Positions 53,128 through 63,319 of a stretch of 64,000 nucleotides of DNA are shown piece by piece (positions within the stretch are counted from its first letter, which is position 1; each line of letters starts with the position of its first letter). This stretch comes from a virus (lineage: Duplodnaviria > Caudoviricetes). The DNA lies in IMG/VR virus record IMGVR_UViG_3300032038_000007, positions 32,001 through 96,000 of that record. One strand, 5' to 3'. The notes beneath the pieces were generated by a model. The model was not told the origin of the DNA and ran no database searches. It saw only the letters and a program-made list of their open reading frames with translations. The translations under genes were made by a program, and so were the position numbers.

Positions 53128-53500
53128 TAGAATAAGAAATCTCTTTGTCCGCCTATTTAATAGAAATAAATATAGGATTTCTACTAAGGGCGAATGTCTA
53201 ATACAATATGCAATAGATAAATATATTAACAGCACTCGTTTTAATGACAAAGATTATTACATTTCAGAGTATGAAAACATGATTAGTCGTTATGAATGTA
53301 GAGTGGAAGATATATTTGATCTTCCTTCTGGTTTAAATGAGCAAGATTATCAAGAAGTAAAACATTCTTTAGCCAGTTTTATTGCTGTGGGTTTATTACT
53401 TGCTTTGGCGCCTCGTGACCAACGCGATTATTATATAGATAAAATTGAAGATGAAGCACATAGAAATGCTATATTAAATATGAGGAAGATGATTATATAA
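53114..53500 (+). CDS. Hypothetical protein
   Basis: Likely start MRIVNRI. Confidence 0.6.
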   Translation: MRIVNRIRNLFVRLFNRNKYRISTKGECLIQYAIDKYINSTRFNDKDYYISEYENMISRYECRVEDIFDLPSGLNEQDYQEVKHSLASFIAVGLLLALAPRDQRDYYIDKIEDEAHRNAILNMRKMII

Positions 53501-53628
53501 TGGAAATTAATGAAGTAATCAATGAGTATATTTAGCGAGTTATAGCAGCAAAAAGAATTTACAAAAGTATATGTATAGTAATTACAAGATATTTAAATCA
53601 AAACTTCTAATTATAAATATAGATAATA

Positions 53629-53656
53629 AAAGTCAACCGAAAGGTTGACTTTTTTT
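53629..53656. terminator. Terminator hairpin overlapping the -35 box of the topoisomerase promoter
   Basis: AAAGTCAACC-GAAA-GGTTGACTTT followed by a T-run. Confidence 0.7.
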
Positions 53657-53697
53657 AAATTTTCGGCTATAATATAAATGAAAAAGGAGGCGAAAGA

Positions 53698-55563
53698 ATG
53701 GGATACGATGCTAATTCAATTCAAGTAAGAGATTTTAGAACCGCGGCGCGTACAACCCCAGGTATGTATATTGGCGCGGATGGGCAGGACGCAGTATTCA
53801 ATTGTTTTCTTGAAATTCTAAACAACTCTTGCGATGAAGCAATTATGGGGCGCGGTAACCGCATTGAAGTAACTGTAAATGATAATGACATTACAATTAC
53901 TGACTATGGTGCGGGTGTTCCTCACGGCCCTAATAAAGACTGTGATGAAGTGCTAATTGAATTATATACTACTGCACACTCATCAGGTAAATTCGATAGT
54001 GCAAACTATTCACGAGTCCGTGGTATGCACGGTGTTGGCGCCTCGACCGTGTGCGTTTGTTCTGAAGTATTTCTAGTTCATACAAGGCGAGATGGCGGCG
54101 AATGGGTAATGCGGTTTGAAGATGGCATTCCAACGACAAAAACCGCCACTAAAATTAAAGCAACAAAGGCCACCGGTACATCTATTTATTTTAAGCCAGA
54201 TAAATCTATTTTTCACATTGATGCAGATACTCCTGCATTCAATATTTCAAAGATTAGAGACGAGCTAGAACTAACTAGTTACTTTATTCCCGGTGTTGAA
54301 TTTGTTTTAAACACGGGTGAAAACAGTGCAATTTTTAAATCAAAAAATGGATTAAAGGATTTTGCCGCGGCAAAAATTACAAATCCTCTCCATAAAAATT
54401 ATATATATGGTACAAAACATTTTGATGACGATGTAGACATTGAAGTCTTTGCGCAATGGACTAGTGGTCGTGAAAAGTGCTATGTATTTTCCAATGGTGC
54501 ATTAAACAGCGGCGGTGGCACCCCTGTAACTGGTATGAAAGCCGCGTTTACACGCACTATTAATGACCAGGCTAAAGATAATTTTGATGGTGATATGATT
54601 CGCCGCGGCTTGGTTACCATCATTAACATTAAGCACCCTCATCCTATATACCAGAATCAGGTTAAGGATAAGATTCAAAATCAAGAGTTACGTGGTTATA
54701 CTCAAACAGTATTTACCGAAGCAATTAAAGATTGGGCGATTAAAAATCGAGAAGACCTTGACCGTATTATTGCTTTACTTGTAAAAGAGCGCAAGGCGGA
54801 TGAAGCGAGTGAACGTGCCCGCAATGCAGTCCTTAATATGGAGAAGAAAGAAAACGAGCATAAAAAACAAAAAATTACTTCTTCTGATAAATTTAAAGAT
54901 TGCGAAAAACACGGGCAAGATTCTATGCTAATTATTTGCGAAGGCAACTCGGCTCTTGGTGGCTTGATGCCAGCACGTAATGTAGCAACTGAAGCTCTTT
55001 ATGCAGTGCGCGGAAAAGTAAAAAATCTTTTAAAGCATCCGCTTGATGAATGCCTTGAAAATCAGGAAGTTTCTGATATTATTATGGCTCTTGGATGCGG
55101 CATTCAAGAAAAATACAATAATAAAAAATTAAATTATGGTAAAGTAGCGATCGCGGTTGACGCTGACGTTGATGGCTATAACATCATGTGTCTAATTACC
55201 ACTCTCTTCTATGTATTAATGCCTAAGTTTATTGAAGAAGGTAGACTGGGATGGCTGCGAGCGCCACTATATCGTTTAAGCAAAGGAAAACAGACCTTGT
55301 ATGCTTATGATGATGAAGATTTAATTCAAATTAAAAAAGGACATGAAACTTGGGAACAAAGTAGGTTTAAAGGGCTCGGTGAGTGTACATCTGAAGATAT
55401 GGAAAATTCTATGTTGCATCCTACTAATAGACGATTTGAAATCCTTACTATTAATGATGCTGGAATCGCGGCAGATAATATTATGATGCTTATGGGGCCT
55501 GAAGTTGAAGGCCGAAGAGATTTCTTATTTGAGAATGTTGATTTTAGTATTTTGAATAGGTGA
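53698..55563 (+). CDS. gyrB: Type IIA topoisomerase subunit B (GyrB/ParE-like)
   Basis: R..PGMYIG, EILNNSCDE, H..GKF, GMHGVG, EGNSA, RGK, DADVDG and RFKGLGE. Confidence 0.92.
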   Translation: MGYDANSIQVRDFRTAARTTPGMYIGADGQDAVFNCFLEILNNSCDEAIMGRGNRIEVTVNDNDITITDYGAGVPHGPNKDCDEVLIELYTTAHSSGKFDSANYSRVRGMHGVGASTVCVCSEVFLVHTRRDGGEWVMRFEDGIPTTKTATKIKATKATGTSIYFKPDKSIFHIDADTPAFNISKIRDELELTSYFIPGVEFVLNTGENSAIFKSKNGLKDFAAAKITNPLHKNYIYGTKHFDDDVDIEVFAQWTSGREKCYVFSNGALNSGGGTPVTGMKAAFTRTINDQAKDNFDGDMIRRGLVTIINIKHPHPIYQNQVKDKIQNQELRGYTQTVFTEAIKDWAIKNREDLDRIIALLVKERKADEASERARNAVLNMEKKENEHKKQKITSSDKFKDCEKHGQDSMLIICEGNSALGGLMPARNVATEALYAVRGKVKNLLKHPLDECLENQEVSDIIMALGCGIQEKYNNKKLNYGKVAIAVDADVDGYNIMCLITTLFYVLMPKFIEEGRLGWLRAPLYRLSKGKQTLYAYDDEDLIQIKKGHETWEQSRFKGLGECTSEDMENSMLHPTNRRFEILTINDAGIAADNIMMLMGPEVEGRRDFLFENVDFSILNR

Positions 55564-55567
55564 TAAT

Positions 55568-55768
55568 ATGAGACAAACAAAAAATATTCAAATAAAAATA
55601 TGTTTGCCAATGGATTTTCCCTTAGATTGGACGATTTCTGATATTGAATTTTATTTAAATAAAAGCTCATACTGCTGCGATAATTTAATTCAATTATTGC
55701 AAGATTATTCTAAAAAATACGGGTGTATTTGTAGCATTACAGAATGTAAATTAATTGACAATAATTAA
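55568..55768 (+). CDS. Small Cys-rich hypothetical protein
   Basis: ORF between the two topoisomerase subunits. Confidence 0.5.
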   Translation: MRQTKNIQIKICLPMDFPLDWTISDIEFYLNKSSYCCDNLIQLLQDYSKKYGCICSITECKLIDNN

Positions 55769-55803
55769 AATTAATGTTATAATAAAAGAAAGGAGATGAG
55801 AAG

Positions 55804-58176
55804 ATGATAAAAAATGTTGATTTTCAAGAAACTCTAGAATCAGCCTTTCTCAAATATGCTGCCTCAGTTGCACAGGAACGCGCAATACCAGATGTACGTG
55901 ATATGCTGAAGATTGGCCTGCGGCAGGGCTTATATGCGCAATTCACCAATAAGCTTACTCATAGTGATAAGTTTCAGAAGGCACAGAAAAGTGTCGCAGC
56001 GGCAATGGCGCAGAGTTATGTTCACGGCGATGTCGCTATGTACGATGCTTTGATTCGTTCTGCGCGTCCATGGTCTACATATTATCCACTGGAAGATGTA
56101 CAGGGCAGTTACGGGAATCCTTCATCTCCTGATAGTCATGCGGCAGCGCGATATGTTGAAATGCGAGCGAGCGAACTTGCTGACTATCTATTCAATGGTT
56201 TAAAGAAAAATGCAATTAAAGAATGGTACTGGAATTACGATGATTCAGAACAAATCCCTTCTGTATTCCCGTCTATTGGTTATTGGAATATTGTAAATGG
56301 CTGTTCTGGTATTGCGGTTGCATTAGCCACGTCTGTGCCTCAGTTTAATCTGCGTGAAGTTAATGAGGCTCTTATTAAAATCATTCGCGATCCTAATATT
56401 AGTTTCGATGAAATTTATTGCGCACCTGATTTTGCAACCGGTGGAACAATTACTAATGCAGAGCAGGTTAAAGAAAGCCTAAAAAATGGTAGGGGCGAAT
56501 CAATAAGATTACAAGCTAAGCTAGAATATATTCCTGATCAACATATGATTCGGGCTACACAGCTTCCGTATGGTGTATTTACAAATACTATAATTGATCA
56601 ACTTTCTGAACTAACAACAAATAATGAAAGCTACGGTATTGATAAAGTAATTGATCATACTAAAAAAGAAGCAGATATTCGCATTTATCTTACCAAGGGC
56701 GCCAATCCAAAAAAGATGATAGCAAAATTGTATAAAGATACAGCGCTAGAAAACTGGTACTCTATTAATATGATTTTGCTAGATCATGGACGATTCCCTA
56801 AAATTTTTGGATGGCGAGAAGCATGTGATGCTTATATTGCACATATTCGAGAATGTAAGCGAAACATGATTCAGTTTGACCTTGATAAAGCGCTAGCTCG
56901 TAAAAATATTGTTGATGGTCTAATTAAAGCCTGTTCCATTATTGATGAAGTCGTCGCGCTTATTCGTGCTTCTTCGAATCCTAGTGAAGCGGCGGAAAAA
57001 CTAATTAATGTTTATGACTTCAACCAAGAGCAGGTTAAAGCTATTCTAGCGATGAAGCTTTCTTCTCTTACAAAACTAGATATTGTAAAATTAAATACTG
57101 AAAGAGAAGAACTTATCAAAAATATAGAGCGGTTCCATTACTTATTAAATACCCCTTCAGCTCTTGACGAAGAATTAATTACTGTATTAAAAGAAGTAGC
57201 TACTAAATTTGGTACAAATCGAAGGACGATTATTCAAAATTCAATTGCTGCCGAAGAGCCAATCGAACTGCCAGTAGAAGAAGAAATTGGTATTATGCTA
57301 TTTGATAATAATACAATTAGAATTCTTTATAAAGATGATTTACATGGCAGCAAGCGTGGTAAAAAGGGAGTGAATATTAAACCGCCAACTGGAGCGTCTT
57401 TAATTAACACACTTTATTCTACTACTAATGGTTCAATTGCTTTAATTACTTCTACTGGTAAGATATATAATATTTCTCTCAATGAATTAGAAGTTAATGT
57501 TGATTATTCTCTATATTCATTGATTAATCTTTCAGATAAAGAACGTATTATATTATTACTTGACTCTACTTCTTTTACGGCATATAATTCCTTGATTACA
57601 ATAAGTAAAAAAGGATATATTAAAAAGACTAATATTAAAGAATATAATATTCGTAGCAGTAAAGGTGTTATAGCTACTAAACTAGAAGATGATGATATTT
57701 TAGTCGCGGCGTACCTATCAATGAGTGATGAAGATAAAGTTATGATAGTTAGTAATAATGGTAACTATAACTATTATTCTTTATCAGAAATTAATTTTAC
57801 TGGTCGTGCAACACGCGGCGTAAAAGCGATTAAATTAAATTCAAATGAATATGTTCAAACAGCTACTATTGTACGTAGCAATGTTGATTACATTGGAATC
57901 CTAACCATTAGCAAGAGTGGGAAAGGTAAGATTACTCCTGTATCTGAATTCACAGAAACCAGTAGAGGACTTAAAGGTTCTCCAATTATGATTTTAAAAG
58001 AAGAAGAAAGCTCGTTAGTTTATGCGGTTCCAGAATCGCAATCGACTATATATTTAACCACTGCGAATAAAGCAGTCATGTTAAATACAGCAAATATTCC
58101 TGTACAAGGAAGAATGACTTCTGGCGTCCTAATTATTGATGCTAGAACTTCAAAGATGCCAATTCAAGTTATGTGA
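55804..58176 (+). CDS. gyrA: Type IIA topoisomerase subunit A (GyrA/ParC-like) with beta-pinwheel C-terminal domain
   Basis: ERAIPDVRD, YVHGD, AAARY (catalytic Tyr), NG..GIAV and PDF.TGG; C-terminal blades GRATRGV and GRMTSGV. Confidence 0.92.
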   Translation: MIKNVDFQETLESAFLKYAASVAQERAIPDVRDMLKIGLRQGLYAQFTNKLTHSDKFQKAQKSVAAAMAQSYVHGDVAMYDALIRSARPWSTYYPLEDVQGSYGNPSSPDSHAAARYVEMRASELADYLFNGLKKNAIKEWYWNYDDSEQIPSVFPSIGYWNIVNGCSGIAVALATSVPQFNLREVNEALIKIIRDPNISFDEIYCAPDFATGGTITNAEQVKESLKNGRGESIRLQAKLEYIPDQHMIRATQLPYGVFTNTIIDQLSELTTNNESYGIDKVIDHTKKEADIRIYLTKGANPKKMIAKLYKDTALENWYSINMILLDHGRFPKIFGWREACDAYIAHIRECKRNMIQFDLDKALARKNIVDGLIKACSIIDEVVALIRASSNPSEAAEKLINVYDFNQEQVKAILAMKLSSLTKLDIVKLNTEREELIKNIERFHYLLNTPSALDEELITVLKEVATKFGTNRRTIIQNSIAAEEPIELPVEEEIGIMLFDNNTIRILYKDDLHGSKRGKKGVNIKPPTGASLINTLYSTTNGSIALITSTGKIYNISLNELEVNVDYSLYSLINLSDKERIILLLDSTSFTAYNSLITISKKGYIKKTNIKEYNIRSSKGVIATKLEDDDILVAAYLSMSDEDKVMIVSNNGNYNYYSLSEINFTGRATRGVKAIKLNSNEYVQTATIVRSNVDYIGILTISKSGKGKITPVSEFTETSRGLKGSPIMILKEEESSLVYAVPESQSTIYLTTANKAVMLNTANIPVQGRMTSGVLIIDARTSKMPIQVM

Positions 58177-58186
58177 GGGATAAATT

Positions 58187-58543
58187 ATGCACGAAAAATA
58201 TCTATAGCTATTTAAAGAAATTTGTAAGTCCATAACTTCTTTAACTGAGCTCTTACAAAAAAATAACAAATCAGTAAATGAAGCGACTTCTGTAGCTGAG
58301 CAATTTAACAAACTGATTAATAAATTAGAAAACAATCAGCCATTAACTAAGGCTGACTATGCTGTATTATATATCGGTACGACTATGGTCATGAATGTTT
58401 TAAATGATAGAGCAAAAGCTATCAACAGTGCAATAACATCGTACTAGAACGAAATTATTCCAAGGCTTCAAAAAGTATTAGAAGCAAACGAAGATAATTT
58501 TAATGATGTTATAAATAGTGAATTTCAATTAAAAGAAGAATAA
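58187..58543 (+). CDS. Hypothetical protein (TAG=Gln)
   Basis: ATG 58187 to TAA 58541 with two internal TAGs. Confidence 0.6.
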
Positions 58544-58748
58544 AATATTTGACTTTTATAGAAAAATGCACTATAATATAAATGTAAGGTGGAAATGAGC
58601 CTTGCTGCATCAAGAAAAAATTCTCAATGGAAAAATTGACAATTATAAAAAATTGATGTATAATTAGATTATAAAGTGGGGCGGACTTAAAATAACGCGC
58701 ACTACTTTAAAAATAAAACAAATACAATACAAAAGGAGATTGATTATT

Positions 58749-59096
58749 ATGACAGTAAACTCTGAACTAGTCCTAAACGCCCTAAAGAAGAATTATGGTA
58801 AGGAATTTAGCAAGCAGCAGCTCGCAGAAATGCTAGGCATTTCTCTTCCAGCCGTCACCGCAACCGTTAATGCCCTAACTAAGAAGGGTTATGTAGTTAT
58901 TACTCGTGAAGAGACTCTAGAACTTGAGCCTGCCACTGAGACTCGCAAGGCCAAGGTTAAGGTAGTAAAGTATCATACTCTAACTGAGAGTGGTCTAACC
59001 TATGATCCCGCCGCTGAAGAAGCCGAGAAGGCCGCTGCTAAGGAAGCCGCGAAGGCTGCTCGTGCTGCTGCAAAGGCTGCTGCCGCCGCTGAGTGA
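58749..59096 (+). CDS. Winged-helix DNA-binding protein with Ala/Lys-rich tail
   Basis: SKQQLAEMLGISLPAVTATVNALTKKGYV…LTESG; two upstream promoters; terminator at 59103-59135. Confidence 0.75.
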   Translation: MTVNSELVLNALKKNYGKEFSKQQLAEMLGISLPAVTATVNALTKKGYVVITREETLELEPATETRKAKVKVVKYHTLTESGLTYDPAAEEAEKAAAKEAAKAARAAAKAAAAAE

Positions 59097-59203
59097 AATA
59101 TTGATGGCGGCTCTCAAATGAGCCGCCATCCTTTTATAAAGTAAGTTTTAAATGAATAAATGAAATAAGTAAAAAATATAATAAAGATAAAGAGGTAAAA
59201 GAA

Positions 59204-60100
59204 ATGAGTAAAAATATTACAGAGCAGGCGCAGAATCGTATTAATATTGTTGGTAAGCTACTTGATGTAACTTTCCGTGAAGGTAAGCTAAGTGATGGTA
59301 GACCGTATGAAAGCGCGAATCTGACAGTTCGTGTTACTCAAACATATGGCGGCCGCACGGAGACTAGTGAAATTCCGGTAAGCATGTTTGCCAGCCGTTA
59401 TACTCTAGCTAATAAGCCGAATCCCGGTTATGAGCAGATCCAGAGCCTAAAGACATTTAAGACAGCTCAGAATGTTGGTATTGACGCGGCTGATGTTGTT
59501 CGGATTAGCGGCGCTAACCTTCGTGAAAATAACTTTGTATCACGTAGCGGTCAGACGATTAATACTTGGCAGCTAAATACTTCATTCATCGGTACTGGTA
59601 ACGGTCAGGACGTTGCATCGTTTAATATTGATATTTTTATCATGGATATGCACCCTGAAGAAGATCGTGAGGGTGAGCCTACAGGTCGTCTAATTATCAA
59701 GGGCGGAATTGTACAGTATAATGGTAATCTGGATGTAGTTGAATTTATCGTAGAGCAGCCAGAATCTGTTGATTTCATTGAAAGAAATTGGAATATCAAT
59801 GATACTCTAAATGTACGCGGTCGTATTCGTATGACTGTTACTGAAGAGAAGATGGCTGGTAATACTAGTGCATGGGGCGAAGACATTCCTGAGACTACTA
59901 CGAGAACCACTCGTGAGCTAATTATCACTAAGGGTGATGATTGCGGTAGGGATGAAGAGTTCGCGTATGATCCCGTGGACATTAAGAAAGCTTTTAATGC
60001 ACGTAAGGCCCGAATTGAGCAGATGCAGGTAAACGCAACTAAGAAAGCTAATGCACCTTCTCAGAATACTTCTTCCGCAACGAAGTATGATTGGGAGTAA
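59204..60100 (+). CDS. SSB-like OB-fold protein
   Basis: NRINIVGKL N-terminus; two beta-rich halves; acidic/aromatic C-terminus (KYDWE); lies before Sak4 and DnaB. Confidence 0.55.
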   Translation: MSKNITEQAQNRINIVGKLLDVTFREGKLSDGRPYESANLTVRVTQTYGGRTETSEIPVSMFASRYTLANKPNPGYEQIQSLKTFKTAQNVGIDAADVVRISGANLRENNFVSRSGQTINTWQLNTSFIGTGNGQDVASFNIDIFIMDMHPEEDREGEPTGRLIIKGGIVQYNGNLDVVEFIVEQPESVDFIERNWNINDTLNVRGRIRMTVTEEKMAGNTSAWGEDIPETTTRTTRELIITKGDDCGRDEEFAYDPVDIKKAFNARKARIEQMQVNATKKANAPSQNTSSATKYDWE

Positions 60101-60141
60101 GGCGCAAGCCTTACTTCCTTTTTCATTGGAGGGTGATTTAA

Positions 60142-61140
60142 ATGGCAGATATTGATATTTTTAGTTTGGAACCGAGTAAGATTTCAAGAGATCTGAAAGG
60201 TAAATACCTGTTAATTTATGGTCAACCAAAAACTGGCAAGTCAACGTTTGGTAGTCAATTACCTCGCGGTCTATTCCTCAATTTTGAACAAGGCACAAAT
60301 GCTCTTGCTGGTATTCGTAGTGTTCCTATGCTGCGATGGTCAGACTTTAAGAAGGTACTGACCCAGCTACGTAAACCGCAAGCGCGTGAAATGTATGATA
60401 CTGTAATTGTTGATACCGTATCTATTGCTTGGCAGCTATGTGAAAAATATGTATGTCAGCGTGAGGGCGTCGAGAGTATTAGAGATATTCCTTGGGGCCA
60501 AGGCTGGGGTATGCTGCGTAATGAATTCGCAGAATGCTGGCGTGAAATTACATTATTAGGATTTGGTATTCTATTTATCGCTCATAGCAAGGAAAAGCCG
60601 ACTGAAATGCGTGATGAAGAAGGAAACACCATTTCTGCGGTCGCGCCCGATCTTCCGACACAATGCTATACTATTGTTAATAGTATCGTAGATATTATTG
60701 GCTATCTACAAGTACAGATGAATTCTGACGGCACATCAGAGCGATTCCTATACACTCGTTCGACGCCAACAGTGTTCGCTGGCAGCCGTTATCAGTATCT
60801 TGCGCCTAAGATTAAGTTTGGATATAACGAATTGGTCAATGCTATCGGAGATGCAATTGATCAGGCAGTCAAGCTAGACGGCGCGGAAGTTACAGATTCA
60901 ACTGTAATGGCGCAGATTAAAGATAGGCCATTCCAAGAAGTAATGGCAGAAGCCAAAGAAATTTGGGTTGGCTACTTGAATAGTGCCGCGACAGATGAAG
61001 AAAAAGAACATAGGTTACTTATTCTTAAGGATATTGTCAAAAAGGTTTTTGGCTCTGAAGAATTTAAACTTAGTTCCGCTCTGCCTTCTCAGGTTGACTT
61101 ACTAGAGCTATTTATTGATGAAGCTAAACAGATTATTTAA
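60142..61140 (+). CDS. Sak4-like/AAA_24 ATPase (recombinase)
   Basis: LLIYGQPKTGKST, FEQG, VIVDT, IPWGQGW, FIAH and VDIIGY. Confidence 0.8.
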   Translation: MADIDIFSLEPSKISRDLKGKYLLIYGQPKTGKSTFGSQLPRGLFLNFEQGTNALAGIRSVPMLRWSDFKKVLTQLRKPQAREMYDTVIVDTVSIAWQLCEKYVCQREGVESIRDIPWGQGWGMLRNEFAECWREITLLGFGILFIAHSKEKPTEMRDEEGNTISAVAPDLPTQCYTIVNSIVDIIGYLQVQMNSDGTSERFLYTRSTPTVFAGSRYQYLAPKIKFGYNELVNAIGDAIDQAVKLDGAEVTDSTVMAQIKDRPFQEVMAEAKEIWVGYLNSAATDEEKEHRLLILKDIVKKVFGSEEFKLSSALPSQVDLLELFIDEAKQII

Positions 61141-61218
61141 TAAGAAGAGCCTACGGGCTCTTTTTATTTGACTTCTTTCTAAATTTATGTTATAATAATA
61201 AGTAGAAGGAGTGATAGT

Positions 61219-61704
61219 ATGAAGCTGACAAAACAATGTTATGGATGTAAAGAAAGTTTTAGGAAAACTGAATTAGTAGATTATGCATCTCCGCGCTCTA
61301 ATACAATGCAAAGTTATTGTCCAAAATGTCTTGCCGAAAAACAAGCAAGGGATCGTTTTTCTGATAAGGTATGTGAATTATTTGGAATAAAATCTCCAGG
61401 GCCGCGGCTTTGGACAGAACGTAAGCGTTTACAAGAAAAATATGGATATACAGATGATACAATTGTATCTTGTTTAGATTTTTTATATAATGTTGAACAT
61501 ATGAAAAAGTTAAGTGAAAGCTTAGCGTTAGTTACTCCAACTAATATTGATAGGATGCTAAAGTGGAAGCGCAGACAACAATATGAAGCGGCAAAACTAG
61601 CTACTAGTATGTCTTCTACAGTACAAGTAGAAAACCATTATGTTGAATTAAAAGATACAAAGACAAAGAAGAAAGAATTAAATCCAGATGACTGGATTGA
61701 TTAA
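61219..61704 (+). CDS. Zn-ribbon protein, possible helicase loader partner
   Basis: CYGC…YCPKC; lies directly upstream of DnaB. Confidence 0.6.
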   Translation: MKLTKQCYGCKESFRKTELVDYASPRSNTMQSYCPKCLAEKQARDRFSDKVCELFGIKSPGPRLWTERKRLQEKYGYTDDTIVSCLDFLYNVEHMKKLSESLALVTPTNIDRMLKWKRRQQYEAAKLATSMSSTVQVENHYVELKDTKTKKKELNPDDWID

Positions 61705-61717
61705 GGAGTGATAGCCA

Positions 61718-63319
61718 TTGGTTCTTTCAGATAAAATGGCCTATCGGCAAATCATTGGCAGTCTTATGATAAATCCACTACTTTTACTAGAGTATCCGGA
61801 TATAGAGCCTACTGATTTTGATATAAATGTAGTTAGAGTATGCTTTATAATTATTAAAAAGTTATATGAACAAGGAGCGACAACTCTAACTCCGATAGAA
61901 GTAGATCAAGAAATTGAGAAATATGAGCGTAGCTCTGAAATTTATAAACAAAATAATGGAATTGATTTTTTAACTACTTCGTATGAATTAGCTGAAGTGA
62001 ATAATTTTAAAATGTATTATGACAGATTAAAAAAATATTCACTTCTCCGGCGGCTAAAAAAAGAAAAATATGATATTAGTGAATATTATATTGATGACAA
62101 AGAGCTTGATAATCCTCTTCAGGCAGTACAAATTCAAGAACATTTTGATGAGTCTTCAGTTGAAGATATTCTGAATAGTATTGAAAGCAAATATAATGTC
62201 ATCAGAAATGATTTCATGCGCGGCGGCAGGTTAAGAGGAGAACCGGCGGAAGGAATTTATAATCTAATTGAAGAACTTAGAACTGCCCCGAACATTGGTC
62301 CGGAACTAGAAGGAGAAATTTTTAGTAGTATTTGCCGCGGGGCAAGAGAAGGATGCTTTTATTTAAAATCAAGCTCTAGTGGTTCTGGTAAAACCCGTAC
62401 CTCTGTTTTTGACGCATGTCATTTAGCATATCCTGTAAGGTGGTCGTCAGATCACAATTGTTTCATACAAGAAATAAATACAAACGGCGAACCGCGGCAA
62501 CCAAGAAAAGTTCTTTTCATTGTTACGGAAATGGATAAGGAAGAGCTACAAACTATTATGCTAGCTTATTTATCCGGAGTAAATGAAGATCATATATTAA
62601 CAGGTAATTACGATTTAGGAGAATTGTCTCGTGTTATGTATGCAGCCACGATAATGGATACATTTAGAGGATATTTTATTGTAGAAGAGATAAGCGATCC
62701 AAATTTAACAAATGTATCAGCGACTATTAAAAAGTATGCTACGGTTGACGAAATTAAGTATATCTTTTTTGATTATATTCATACAACCGCAAGTATGATG
62801 AATGAATTTTCTAAAAGCGGTTTGCGTGAAGATGTTGTATTAATGCTTATGTCCAATCAATTGAAACAATTAGCTAAAGATTATAACTTATTTATTTTTT
62901 CGGCAACTCAAGTAAATGCAACTGCAATGGGCGGCGACGACGAGTTAGCATTTAAGGATGAAAAAAGTATTCGAGGTGCTAAGGCCATTGTCGATAAGGC
63001 AGACATTGGTTATGTAATGACACGTATTAGTGAGAAGGGATGGAATTCTTTGGTGCCAGGATTAAGAGCAGCTATTAATAGCGGTTTAATCGCGCCTGAT
63101 ATTTTAGACCTCAGAAAGCCAACTCATGTACTTGATATTTATAAAATGCGTCGTGGCCGATATAAAAATGTTCGTATTTGGGTAAAATTAAATCTTGGAA
63201 CTGGAGAAAGAAAAGATTTATTTATTACTAGTGCAGATAATCAACCTATTACTGGAGTACTTGATATTTTTTCTTCAGTAAAAGAAAAACTAATTACAGA
63301 TTGGAAGGATTCTGTATGA
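61718..63319 (+). CDS. dnaB: Replicative DnaB-like helicase
   Basis: GSGKTR, LFIVTEM, IFFDYIH, LKQLAK…SATQVN, KAD and KMRRG. Confidence 0.85.
   Translation: MVLSDKMAYRQIIGSLMINPLLLLEYPDIEPTDFDINVVRVCFIIIKKLYEQGATTLTPIEVDQEIEKYERSSEIYKQNNGIDFLTTSYELAEVNNFKMYYDRLKKYSLLRRLKKEKYDISEYYIDDKELDNPLQAVQIQEHFDESSVEDILNSIESKYNVIRNDFMRGGRLRGEPAEGIYNLIEELRTAPNIGPELEGEIFSSICRGAREGCFYLKSSSSGSGKTRTSVFDACHLAYPVRWSSDHNCFIQEINTNGEPRQPRKVLFIVTEMDKEELQTIMLAYLSGVNEDHILTGNYDLGELSRVMYAATIMDTFRGYFIVEEISDPNLTNVSATIKKYATVDEIKYIFFDYIHTTASMMNEFSKSGLREDVVLMLMSNQLKQLAKDYNLFIFSATQVNATAMGGDDELAFKDEKSIRGAKAIVDKADIGYVMTRISEKGWNSLVPGLRAAINSGLIAPDILDLRKPTHVLDIYKMRRGRYKNVRIWVKLNLGTGERKDLFITSADNQPITGVLDIFSSVKEKLITDWKDSV

Noticed and set aside
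131-59982. Minus-strand ORFs throughout the window
   Set aside because: They lie antisense to well-supported plus-strand genes, with no RBS or recognisable motifs.
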